Origin: Candidatus Eiseniibacteriota bacterium
Lineage (GTDB): Bacteria; Joyebacterota; Joyebacteria; Joyebacterales; Joyebacteraceae
Direction: 5' to 3'
Assembly (NCBI GenBank): GCA_043819135.1
Contig: JBDRFG010000027.1
Location: 1-20,345 of the forward strand
Length of the DNA stretch: 20,345 bases
Of this stretch, positions 8,027 through 16,334 are shown in pieces; position 1 is the first letter of the stretch; the number at the start of each line of letters is the position of its first letter. The notes under the pieces are model-generated. The model worked only from the letters and a program-made list of their open reading frames with translations. It was not told where the DNA came from and made no database searches. Position numbers and translations under genes: made by a program.

Positions 8027-8063
8027 ACGGAGGCCCGGGTTCTGACGCCCGGGCCTCCGTTTT
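8027..8063 (+). terminator. Intrinsic terminator of the ECF operon
   Basis: Perfect 13-bp stem ACGGAGGCCCGGG/CCCGGGCCTCCGT, 8-nt loop, then TTT. Confidence 0.8.
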
Positions 8064-8207
8064 GGTGCGTCGCCTGCGCGGCTACAGACGGCCCGGTTCT
8101 AATGGCCACCGGGCACCCGGGGGCTCCGCTCGTCCGCGCGCGGTCACGCCCCCACGGACCCACCAGAAGGGTAGCGGCCCCCCCCCACTCGACCCCTTCT
8201 AATCGGC

Positions 8208-8236
8208 TTGACAACCCAGACGAACGGGAATACATT
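8208..8236 (+). promoter_or_regulatory. sigma70 promoter
   Basis: TTGACA-N17-TACATT, about 97 bp upstream of ATG 8334. Confidence 0.75.
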
Positions 8237-8333
8237 GACGTGCGCTCTGGGCGGGCACGACTCGTGTGGCCGACCCGGCACCGGAGCGGAAGATGTTTCT
8301 GTTTGGCAGGGCAGATAGATAAGGGGAGGGATC

Positions 8334-9464
8334 ATGAGAAAAGCACTACTAGCTCTGAGTCTGTTGGTGCTGCTTGCCGGTTGGGCGATGGCCCAGAACG
8401 TTTCGATCACCGACTATCGCGTGCCGGTCAGTCAGGCGAAGAGCATGAACGCAAGCCTGAACTACTACTACGCTAGCGTTGGCGACTCGACGGCCGCGGA
8501 CGTCGGGACGATCGGCCTTGTTTACAAGCAGTTCTATTCGTCTCTCCCATTCGCATGGAGAGTAGATTTCAACGGCTCCGGCTCGAAGGTCGACGACGAG
8601 ACCAGCCACTCGACGAACTTCTCCACCAGCGTCAACAAGTACCTGTCCGACGACAAGGACGTGTTCGGCTATGCGGGCCTGACCGCATCCCACGTCGAAG
8701 GCTACAAGCAGATCGCGTCCAGAGGGTCGGTCGGCGTCGGCTACGGCCGCTTCATCGCCGCGACGGCGTTCGCGAAGGCGATACGCATCGATCAGTTCCT
8801 TATGGAAGAGGGCGTGATCACGGGGCATCTCAAGAAGCAGGCCCTGATCGAGCTGGGCAACGTCATCGAGCGTCGTGCCGAGTTCGAGGACCAGCACGGT
8901 GCCGCCTACAAGCCCTACTGGTATGAGGCGATGGAGCAGATCATCGGCGGATCGGGCAAGCTGTCCGGCGACACGCTCGGCGCTATGGGCATCCTGAGGA
9001 TGGAGGAGGTTCTCTTTCAGGAGACCATACACGACCGCTACTACGGCTGGGAAGTCCGCGTCGGCGTCGGTCACGAGATCACGACCTTCGACGAGAGCGA
9101 CACACAGGGCTCTGTTGAGGGCGGCGCCAGCTTCTCCTACCCCATGGGTCTGACCTCACAGGTCAACCACAGGACCGACTACAGCACGCCGTTCGACGAT
9201 ATGGGCGGCGCATACACGATCCTGTCGACCACCGACTACGTCTACGAGCTCTCGAACCGCATCGACCTCATCAGCGGATACCAGCTTCAGGTCGAGCGGG
9301 CGTCAGCCGACGACGATGCCGTCAACAACCACGCGCTTCGCGCCGGCTTCATCTTCTACATCGAGAACTACATCAATATCGTGGTGAACGGCCAGCTGGA
9401 TAAGGCCGGCGACAACGACTGGAACAAGTCGGTCAACGCCAGCATCGGCTACCGGATCTTCTAG
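8334..9464 (+). CDS. Outer-membrane beta-barrel protein, unknown function
   Basis: Sec signal (MRKALLALSLLVLLAGWAMA), amphipathic strands, C-terminal ASIGYRIF beta-signal, and a central helical segment. Confidence 0.85.
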   Translation: MRKALLALSLLVLLAGWAMAQNVSITDYRVPVSQAKSMNASLNYYYASVGDSTAADVGTIGLVYKQFYSSLPFAWRVDFNGSGSKVDDETSHSTNFSTSVNKYLSDDKDVFGYAGLTASHVEGYKQIASRGSVGVGYGRFIAATAFAKAIRIDQFLMEEGVITGHLKKQALIELGNVIERRAEFEDQHGAAYKPYWYEAMEQIIGGSGKLSGDTLGAMGILRMEEVLFQETIHDRYYGWEVRVGVGHEITTFDESDTQGSVEGGASFSYPMGLTSQVNHRTDYSTPFDDMGGAYTILSTTDYVYELSNRIDLISGYQLQVERASADDDAVNNHALRAGFIFYIENYINIVVNGQLDKAGDNDWNKSVNASIGYRIF

Positions 9465-9545
9465 GCCGGGAAACAACGGAAGCACGGCGGAGGAATCAGG
9501 CCCTGTCGCTCCCCGCAACGCTTCCGGGCATACGCAACGAGTTCG

Positions 9546-9583
9546 AAGAGACCCCCGGGGCAGAAGCCCCGGGGGTCTCTTTT
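9546..9583 (+). terminator. Intrinsic terminator between convergent genes (possibly bidirectional)
   Basis: Perfect 16-bp stem AAGAGACCCCCGGGGC/GCCCCGGGGGTCTCTT, loop AGAA, T-run. Confidence 0.85.
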
Positions 9584-9689
9584 CTCCGTCCGCTGCGCGC
9601 AGCGCCGCGCGGCGCCGGACAGCCAGACCGGCTCAACCAGGCGCGTACCTGGAGATACCATCGGGGGCGGGACTCATCGAGCGCCTCCC

Positions 9690-11090
9690 CTATCTGATGT
9701 ACCCCAACGACCGGAGCCACTCACGCGTCTCTTCGTCGATCTCGACCTCGACGCCGTCCGCGTGCCGTACGGCCGGCAGAAGCTCGAAGAGCGCCCCGGC
9801 GACCGCCGGATTGCCCGGCGCAAGATCCAGCTCGCGCCCCGGGTCGTTCTTGAGGTCGTAGAGCCGCTCCGACCCGTCCGTTCCCACCGTGAACTCCAGG
9901 CTGTCGACCCTGACCTTCGCGAAGGCCACCTCCTGCCGCGACGTGTCGTGCGACGGGTTGAGGGCCCTCAGGTGCTTCACAAGCTTCGGGTTCGCGCCGG
10001 TGTATTCGGCTATCTGCGGGCGGGCAGCATCCGCGGGCGGCCCAAGAAGCGAGCGGCTGTGCGGCGTCTCCGGGCCGGTCCCGACGCCGGCCACATCGAG
10101 CACCGTGTCGTATACGTCAGTGAGCATGACCGGGTCTTCGCGAACGCCAGGAGGCAGAAGCCCCGGCGCGCGTACGACCAGCGGCACGTCTATCAGCGAA
10201 GCGAACACCCCGAACTGATGGTCCATGTACCCGTGGTCGCCGAGGTTCTCCCCGTGATCGGAGGTGACTATGACCACCGCGTCCTCGTAGACACCGTGTT
10301 CTTCGAGGAGTCGCAGGATCTCGCCCAGGTATCTGTCCGCCGTGTTGACGTCACCACCGTACAGCCTGCCGATGCGCTCAAGGTCGAGGTCCTCCGCCTC
10401 GAGAAGGCCGGCGTTGAACTCGTGTGCCATTGTGGTCGTCACCACGTAGTCGCGCGGGATGTCTGACAGGCGTGCCTGCCGGTAGTCCTCAGGCGGATGG
10501 TAGGGGAGATGCGGCTCGAGCAGATTAATGAACATGAGGAACGGGCGTTCGTCGGTCCGCCCGCTCAACCAGGCGGAGACGTTGGCGACAGTACGACCTC
10601 CGCCCTGGTCGACCATGGTCAGGATCTCGGTCCCCCTCCCCGACTCGACCAGGCGCTCCTCGAATCCCCGCAGCATGCCGGTCAGCCTGTCGCTCAGCCA
10701 CGGGTTACTGAAGAACGCGACCGTCTGGTAGCCGGACTCGCCGAGGAGTTCGGCGAATGTCGGCTCCGGCGACACAAACGTGAAGTTTCGGCCGTTGCAC
10801 TTGTGAGACGACGGGAGGAGGCCTGTAAACATCGAGGCGTGCGACGGAACGGTCCATGGTGCATTCGACCACGCGCGCGTGAAGACGGTGCCGTCCTCCG
10901 CGAGTCCATCGAGCTCCGGGGTCAGCCGCTCGTCGGTCCCACCGGGACCCGTGTAGTCCAGTCGGACCGTGTCCAGAACGACGATGACTACGTTGGGGCG
11001 CGATGGTGGCTGGGAGCAGGACACCAGCAGGGCTGCGGTCGTGAGAACCGCCGGTGCGAGCACCGATATCGCGGTCAGTCTCTTGAGCAA
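9690..11090 (-). CDS. Sulfatase-like alkaline-phosphatase-superfamily enzyme (Thr at nucleophile position), probable lipoprotein
   Basis: Motifs RPNVVIVVLDTVRLD, APWTVPSHASMFTG, EPHLPY, VTSDHGE, LYDL..DP and LRSLGY; LLVSC lipobox-like sequence; TTG start with GGAG RBS. Confidence 0.9.
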   Translation of the reverse strand: MLKRLTAISVLAPAVLTTAALLVSCSQPPSRPNVVIVVLDTVRLDYTGPGGTDERLTPELDGLAEDGTVFTRAWSNAPWTVPSHASMFTGLLPSSHKCNGRNFTFVSPEPTFAELLGESGYQTVAFFSNPWLSDRLTGMLRGFEERLVESGRGTEILTMVDQGGGRTVANVSAWLSGRTDERPFLMFINLLEPHLPYHPPEDYRQARLSDIPRDYVVTTTMAHEFNAGLLEAEDLDLERIGRLYGGDVNTADRYLGEILRLLEEHGVYEDAVVIVTSDHGENLGDHGYMDHQFGVFASLIDVPLVVRAPGLLPPGVREDPVMLTDVYDTVLDVAGVGTGPETPHSRSLLGPPADAARPQIAEYTGANPKLVKHLRALNPSHDTSRQEVAFAKVRVDSLEFTVGTDGSERLYDLKNDPGRELDLAPGNPAVAGALFELLPAVRHADGVEVEIDEETREWLRSLGYIR

Positions 11091-11119
11091 GCGTGTCTCC
11101 TTGGGTGAACGTGCCGGGC

Positions 11120-13114
11120 CTACTGACCCCGAAACTCGCCGGTCGACGTGAGCGCGCTGATGATTTCTTCCGCCTCGGCTCTCAGAGAGGGCTCGAGCGC
11201 CGCGGCCTGCCTGGCGTGCCGGACGCAGTCCTCGCGGCGCGAGGGATCCGACCCGAAGAGGATGGCAAGATTCCAGTGCGCGTACGCGTCACCTGGATCC
11301 AGCCCGAGCACGCGCTCGAGGGCCGACGTGGCCAGAGCGGCATCCTGCGTCATGATGCCCAGGCGCGCCAGGTTCTCCCAGGCGGGCTTGAGCGTCGGGT
11401 CGTCACGCGTGGCGGCCATCAGTCTGCGCCGCGCCTCGTCTACCCTGCCCCTCTGAAGGTAGAGGAGTCCGAGGTTGCTCTGCGCGGAGGCAAGACCGGG
11501 ATTGATCTCGAGGGCCCTGAGAAGCGCGCGCTCGGCCTCCGCGTCGCGGCCCAGCCTGCTGAGCGACGAGCCCAGGCTATTGTAGGCTAGGTCGAAGTCG
11601 GGGCTCTCTCTGGTCGCGAGCTGGTAGTACTCTGCGGCCCTGGCGTAATCGCCGGCGTCGCGGTAGATGGCCCCGATGGTGGCATACTGCGGACCGAGCG
11701 AGAAATCGACCAGGGGCAGGTTCACAACCAGGAGCGCGAGAGCAAGCACCACCGCCGGAACCAGCCAACCCTCTCGCTCGCGTGCCTTCAGCCGCTGCCA
11801 CAGCCACACCACGCCGTGCGCGCAGAAGACGATCATGACGGGAACCACCGGGAGACGATAGCGAGAGGTAATGAAGAAAGGCAGGAGAGAGACGAGGTAG
11901 GCCCCGGCGAACAGATAGAGCAGGAGGAGCTTCCGCCAGTTGCGCCGCGATGCATAGATACCCAGGAAGCCGAGCGGTATCACCCATCTGAATACGAACG
12001 GGTCGAAGCGCATGGTCTTCGATACCGTCTTGAAGTAGTTCAGGTCGTAGTGGTTGGGGATCTCGTACGCGTTCCAGAAGAGGAGGAGCTTCCTGCCCAG
12101 CAGCTTGAGGTCCAGTCCCGGATGCGCCTTGACGAAGTCGAGGCCCTCTCCGAACCAGTACGACGACACCTCCGACGGGCTGAGCGTGCGCCCGAGCGCC
12201 TTCTCGGCCGCGAGCTTCGAGCCGCCGTAGAGGTCCGCGCGCATGTCGGCCGGGACGAGGAACGTGCCGTCCGCCTGGGCGTTGTTCCCTATCCAGAAGT
12301 TGATGCCGCCGTTGCTCGAGGTCAACACGAAGTCACCGGCGGTAACGTAGTTGCTTATGGTCATCGGGGCCACGACGACGACCGTGCCGAGCACGAGCAA
12401 AACCGCCCCTTGCCAGGCGCGCCTCGCTCTCTCCGTCCCACGCAATGCCCACCACAGCCAGAACAGCGCGGCCGGCACGAACAGGAGAACGTTCGGCTTT
12501 CCGAGGGCGCTCACGCCGACGGCTGCTCCCGACGCGAGAGCGAGCCAGATCGTCGGGTTCTCCCGGTACGCCATGAGCAGCCTGATGGTGAGCAGCGAGA
12601 AGAAGAGAACGAACGTGATCATCAGGATCTCGAAGTCGAAGAAGACGAACGGCGCGTAGAGCGCGGCGATGACGCCGGCCACCAGCGCCTCGCGGTTACC
12701 GAAGAGCTTCCTGGCGAGCGAGAAGACGAGGAGACAGCTGCCGATCCCGAACAGTGACTGGATCACGCGGACGGCCGAATAGTTGTGCCCGAAGAGCTTG
12801 TAGATGAGACCAAGGAAGTACGGGTAGACGGGGCTGCTGTGAAAGAAGACCTCGTCGCCGAGCCATTGGCCGCCAGCGATTTCCATGGCCCGAAGATCAT
12901 AGACGCGCGGGTCCCCGGTCGTCATGGTCATGAGGGGATGGTCGTGGACCTCCACCATGTAGGCAACGCGAACGATGACCGCGAGAACAACGATGAGCAG
13001 AACGGCCAGGAGGACGTCCCTCGGGATCCCGCGACTTCCGGGCTTCAAGGATGCGGACCGCGCGGACCCCTCCGTCCTCGCGTGCTTCTTCTTTCCGCTC
13101 TTCCCGTGAGCCAT
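11120..13114 (-). CDS. GT39/ArnT-PMT-like polytopic glycosyltransferase with C-terminal TPR repeats
   Basis: GDPRVYD, PVYPYFLGLIY, SSNGGINFWIGNN, RYRLPVVP, multiple TM helices, and about 5 TPRs (AYNSLG, AQSNLG, AWENLA, AHWNLA). Confidence 0.9.
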   Translation of the reverse strand: MAHGKSGKKKHARTEGSARSASLKPGSRGIPRDVLLAVLLIVVLAVIVRVAYMVEVHDHPLMTMTTGDPRVYDLRAMEIAGGQWLGDEVFFHSSPVYPYFLGLIYKLFGHNYSAVRVIQSLFGIGSCLLVFSLARKLFGNREALVAGVIAALYAPFVFFDFEILMITFVLFFSLLTIRLLMAYRENPTIWLALASGAAVGVSALGKPNVLLFVPAALFWLWWALRGTERARRAWQGAVLLVLGTVVVVAPMTISNYVTAGDFVLTSSNGGINFWIGNNAQADGTFLVPADMRADLYGGSKLAAEKALGRTLSPSEVSSYWFGEGLDFVKAHPGLDLKLLGRKLLLFWNAYEIPNHYDLNYFKTVSKTMRFDPFVFRWVIPLGFLGIYASRRNWRKLLLLYLFAGAYLVSLLPFFITSRYRLPVVPVMIVFCAHGVVWLWQRLKAREREGWLVPAVVLALALLVVNLPLVDFSLGPQYATIGAIYRDAGDYARAAEYYQLATRESPDFDLAYNSLGSSLSRLGRDAEAERALLRALEINPGLASAQSNLGLLYLQRGRVDEARRRLMAATRDDPTLKPAWENLARLGIMTQDAALATSALERVLGLDPGDAYAHWNLAILFGSDPSRREDCVRHARQAAALEPSLRAEAEEIISALTSTGEFRGQ

Positions 13115-13372
13115 TGGGGGTGTCTCCGTCGCTCTCGGCAGCGTACGCTTTCGCTATCAGTAGCACGTGCAACGAGGAGGAGTCAAGACGCGTGCCAGCG
13201 GCGACGGTGCGCGGTTCGTGAAGACAGATGATAATTCGTGCCCCGCTGTTCAGATTCGAACGTGCGACGTGGTCTTGAGGGTTCCGGACCGGGCTCGCGA
13301 AGGCAACTACTTAAACTCAGGGCGGACGGGTCGGCTCGGCGCCAGCCTGTCACATCTGCAGGAGGTTGGAGA

Positions 13373-13879
13373 ATGCTGAGAGGCTCTCGCCATATCGTAG
13401 CTCTGATGGTGATCGCCATCGCGGTGGCCGTCGCGCCCCTCACCAGCTCGAGTGCATCGAGTGGTGTCTACTCTCTCTACAGGGCCGGGGACCAGCGCAG
13501 CGAGAAGCACGTACCGGTCATCGAGTGCCCAGTCGAGATCAAGACCGGTGAATCGACGACCGTGACGGTCAGCGTGGGCAAGGATATGGGGCACCCGAAC
13601 ACAGCTATGCACCACATCCGCTGGATCCGCCTCTACTTCCTCCCGGCGGACTCCACGCTGCCATACGAGGTCGGAAGCTTCGAGTTCGGCGCTCACGGGG
13701 AATCGGTCATCGGCGCTGACACGAGCACGCTGCGCACGGACCCGAAGATCTCCGTAGATGTGCGGACGAGGATCCCCGGTGTGTTCTACGCGACGGCCTT
13801 ATGCTACATCCACGGCCTGTGGGAGAGCGCTAAGGCTATCGCCGTCGCGGAGCAGCGCGTGAAAACGGCGGAAGGGTAA
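13373..13879 (+). CDS. sor: 1Fe superoxide reductase (neelaredoxin / class II SORL) with N-terminal signal peptide
   Basis: EKHVP, HPNTAMHHIRWI and CYIHGLW give the full His4-Cys ligand set. No desulforedoxin domain. ATG 13373 follows GGAGG. Confidence 0.9.
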   Translation: MLRGSRHIVALMVIAIAVAVAPLTSSSASSGVYSLYRAGDQRSEKHVPVIECPVEIKTGESTTVTVSVGKDMGHPNTAMHHIRWIRLYFLPADSTLPYEVGSFEFGAHGESVIGADTSTLRTDPKISVDVRTRIPGVFYATALCYIHGLWESAKAIAVAEQRVKTAEG

Positions 13880-13883
13880 CTCC

Positions 13884-13913
13884 GGCGGCCCGGGTTCCCT
13901 GACCCGGGCCGTT
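13884..13913. repeat. 30-bp palindromic repeat, copy A (terminator/REP-like)
   Basis: GGCGGCCCGGGT-TCCCT-GACCCGGGCCGTT between convergent genes; 26/30 identical to 15522-15551. Confidence 0.75.
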
Positions 13914-13957
13914 CCCACGTGATCGCTGTCACGCGCATCGCCAGTAATCGCACCGCT

Positions 13958-15430
13958 CTAACCAGAGGCGGAATTCGCAAACCAAACCTCCATCACACTC
14001 ACTATGCGGCGGAGCGCAATCGTGTTGGTGATGCCCACGTAGAGCACGGCGACTGCAAGCACCGGGACCTCAACCCGTCGAAGCCGTTCGAACGCGAGGA
14101 ACAGCCCCGCTATGAGTACCAGCAACGGGAACTGCCAGTGTTGTGAGTAGAGGAATTGCTCTTCTCCCCAGACGGAATGGAGGGCCCAGTTGACGGCGAG
14201 TATCACCATGGACGCCAGGCAGTAGGGCCACGCAGGATGCCTCGCGCGCCGCAGACGAAACAACGCGGCCAACACGAGCGCAATGAGCCCCACTCCGGTC
14301 AGGTTCCTGACGGAGAGGAAGCGTGGTGTCTGCATCGTGAACTTGTAGGGGTAGCCCCTCTTTCGCGGCAGCCACAGCCCGTTCCGAAGCGCCCACACGC
14401 CCTTCGAAGGAGTCAGACCGTTAATGATTGCAGACGGGAACATCATCGCGTGACGTCCGGGATCCGGAACCAGGAATTTCGTGACGTACTCGCCTCCGGT
14501 GAAAGTCCCCGATTGCGGGTCCAACAACGCATTGACTCCCCCTCGGATGGCAAACACGCCGACGAACACCACCGCCGCGCCCACGGCGACTCTGCGCAGC
14601 ACCGTGGGAGCGTTTGCTCCACGGCGTCGCTGCCACACGCCGTAAAGAAGAGCCACGGGGAAGATGTTCGTGATCGTGATGCCGGTCCCGAATATGCCCA
14701 GCGCTATCCACCTGCCATTCCGGGCACGCCCGCGAATTCTCTCGAACTGAAGGGCAAGCAGATACGCGAGCGTGATCGCAAGCCCGCTGAGGGCGAATGA
14801 CTCGGGCATGCTCCCGAATACCATCTGGCTGAAGGAGACGCATCCGAGCAGCGTCAGCAGGGCCGCCGACGCAACCCGAAAGCCGAGCCGGACGAACACG
14901 CGAAAGGCAACGAAGCACTGCAGGGCCGCCGCAAGGGGCACTATGAACATGGCCAGCCGCCAGCGAATGAGCAACTGCTCCATCCCCGTGCGTCCCGCCC
15001 AGAGGACTTTCGAAATGCCCTTAAGCGGGAGGCTGAAGAAGTGAGGGAGGTTGGGGTGAGAAATATGCTGACGTCCGGCCCCCTCGGACAGGGCCCGGAT
15101 GACCATGTTGGGATCAGCACCGAAGAAAGTGTTGAACTCGTCGAAGCCGTGGACTTCGTCGAGATTGAATTCCAGCGACACATGGAAGGCGAATGCTGCG
15201 GCGGCGATGACAATCGGGATGGCGACAGGAAGCCATTTGAATCTGGGGGGCAATCCTCTCGCGTGACACCGTGAGGCGTCGGAGGCAGCTGAGGGACTGG
15301 TTTCTTGTGAACCGCCGGTTCGCTGCAAACAGAGTCTCTCGTGGCGCTGGGCCATTATGGAACCTCTGGGCGCGTTCCCCAAGGCGAAGACGTGGCCGCC
15401 ACAGGCTACCGGCACGAGCGTCGCCAGCAT
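13958..15430 (-). CDS. Polytopic membrane protein, possibly GT-C-fold glycosyltransferase (start uncertain)
   Basis: About 10 hydrophobic segments, an acidic first loop (DEVHGFDEFNTFFGADP), MPESFALS and EEQFLYSQHW. The first approx. 60 codons look non-conserved. Confidence 0.65.
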   Translation of the reverse strand: MLATLVPVACGGHVFALGNAPRGSIMAQRHERLCLQRTGGSQETSPSAASDASRCHARGLPPRFKWLPVAIPIVIAAAAFAFHVSLEFNLDEVHGFDEFNTFFGADPNMVIRALSEGAGRQHISHPNLPHFFSLPLKGISKVLWAGRTGMEQLLIRWRLAMFIVPLAAALQCFVAFRVFVRLGFRVASAALLTLLGCVSFSQMVFGSMPESFALSGLAITLAYLLALQFERIRGRARNGRWIALGIFGTGITITNIFPVALLYGVWQRRRGANAPTVLRRVAVGAAVVFVGVFAIRGGVNALLDPQSGTFTGGEYVTKFLVPDPGRHAMMFPSAIINGLTPSKGVWALRNGLWLPRKRGYPYKFTMQTPRFLSVRNLTGVGLIALVLAALFRLRRARHPAWPYCLASMVILAVNWALHSVWGEEQFLYSQHWQFPLLVLIAGLFLAFERLRRVEVPVLAVAVLYVGITNTIALRRIVSVMEVWFANSASG

Positions 15431-15521
15431 GGTTCAAACCCGCTTCAGGCAACGTATCATCTACACTAGCGAAGAACAAGACGTAACTGCTGCCGACCCT
15501 GCGAGCAGAGCCTAGAATCGA

Positions 15522-15551
15522 GGCGGCCCGGGTCTTCCGACCCGGGCCGTT
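15522..15551. repeat. 30-bp palindromic repeat, copy B (terminator/REP-like)
   Basis: GGCGGCCCGGGT-CTTCC-GACCCGGGCCGTT just downstream of the 15583 stop. Confidence 0.75.
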
Positions 15552-15582
15552 AGTGTGCATAGACGTACCGCGTCTCGAGCCG

Positions 15583-16239
15583 TCACTCCTCGACATTGCG
15601 GAGCCACGCCTCTTTCCAGAAGAAGAAGCAGCTGCGGTCACATCCTTCCCTTCCGTACAGACCCTGCCCGTGACAGATGCCACCCGCAAGTATCACGGTG
15701 TCTCTCGTCTTCTGCATTGCGTGGTTGTGTTCATCGAGTATCCGATGGACCGACTTGAGCACTCGAAACTTCCTTCCGCAGTACTGCTCCATGGGCTTCA
15801 GGAACTTGAGGCCGTCGTGCTTCCAGTTCCGGTCAAGAGTGGCGCGTACGTCCTCTATGGACAGGACCTCTACGAGATCTCCGGCCTTGAGCCCACCGGT
15901 CAGCTTCTCGGGCGCCCTGGCCTCGAACGTACCGTCCTCTCGCTCGCTCCAGCGCGCGCGGCCGCCGTACGGCTCCGGCCCGGTCCCTATCGCGCGGGAC
16001 AGAAGCGCGAACGCCCTGCGCCTGAGGCCCGCGGCCTTGGCTCGAAGGTAACGGATGCCCTCCTCCAGCGCGGTGAGCGGTGTCAGGGCGTCGTCCAGCC
16101 AGCGAAGCTGGCAGAGTTCGAGAGCCGCCTCCCAGGCGTCGGCGGGGGAATTCGGGATCCCGCTCGAAGACGAGGTCTCCAGTTTCATCTGAATCTCACC
16201 GATGTCCGTGGCGACGCGTTTCACCCGCCGTGCCTCCAT
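15583..16239 (-). CDS. Conserved hypothetical protein with Cys-rich C-terminal domain
   Basis: LKAGDLVEVLSIEDVRATLD..GLKF..PM..YCGRKFRV...VIL.G.ICHG.....GCDRSCFFFWKEAWL. The start may be ATG 16188. Confidence 0.8.
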   Translation of the reverse strand: MEARRVKRVATDIGEIQMKLETSSSSGIPNSPADAWEAALELCQLRWLDDALTPLTALEEGIRYLRAKAAGLRRRAFALLSRAIGTGPEPYGGRARWSEREDGTFEARAPEKLTGGLKAGDLVEVLSIEDVRATLDRNWKHDGLKFLKPMEQYCGRKFRVLKSVHRILDEHNHAMQKTRDTVILAGGICHGQGLYGREGCDRSCFFFWKEAWLRNVEE

Positions 16240-16279
16240 CTCGCTGCAACCATGTCTTGGAGGTGCAAACTCCCACGGC

Positions 16280-16315
16280 GATTATCGCACAATTTTCTAT
16301 TTTTGGATGCAAAGA
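16280..16315 (-). promoter_or_regulatory. AT-rich promoter region for the Cys-rich protein gene
   Basis: Minus strand TTGCATCCAAAAATAGAAAATTGTGCGATAAT contains an extended -10-like TGnGATAAT and is an AT island in GC-rich DNA. Confidence 0.45.
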
Positions 16316-16334
16316 ATTGCGCCCGATTGCCCAG

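Noticed and set aside
13238..13372. 45-aa N-terminal extension of the superoxide reductase
   Set aside because: No RBS at 13238; GGAGG precedes ATG 13373, which starts a clean signal peptide.
13884..15551. Palindromic repeats as integron attC sites or a CRISPR array
   Set aside because: No complementary RYYYAAC/GTTRRRY ends, too short for attC, only two copies 1.6 kb apart, and no integrase or cas gene.
16196..16334. C-terminal extension of the 669-aa ORF overlapping the next gene
   Set aside because: Out-of-frame read-through across an AT-rich promoter region; a better C-terminus ends at 16335.
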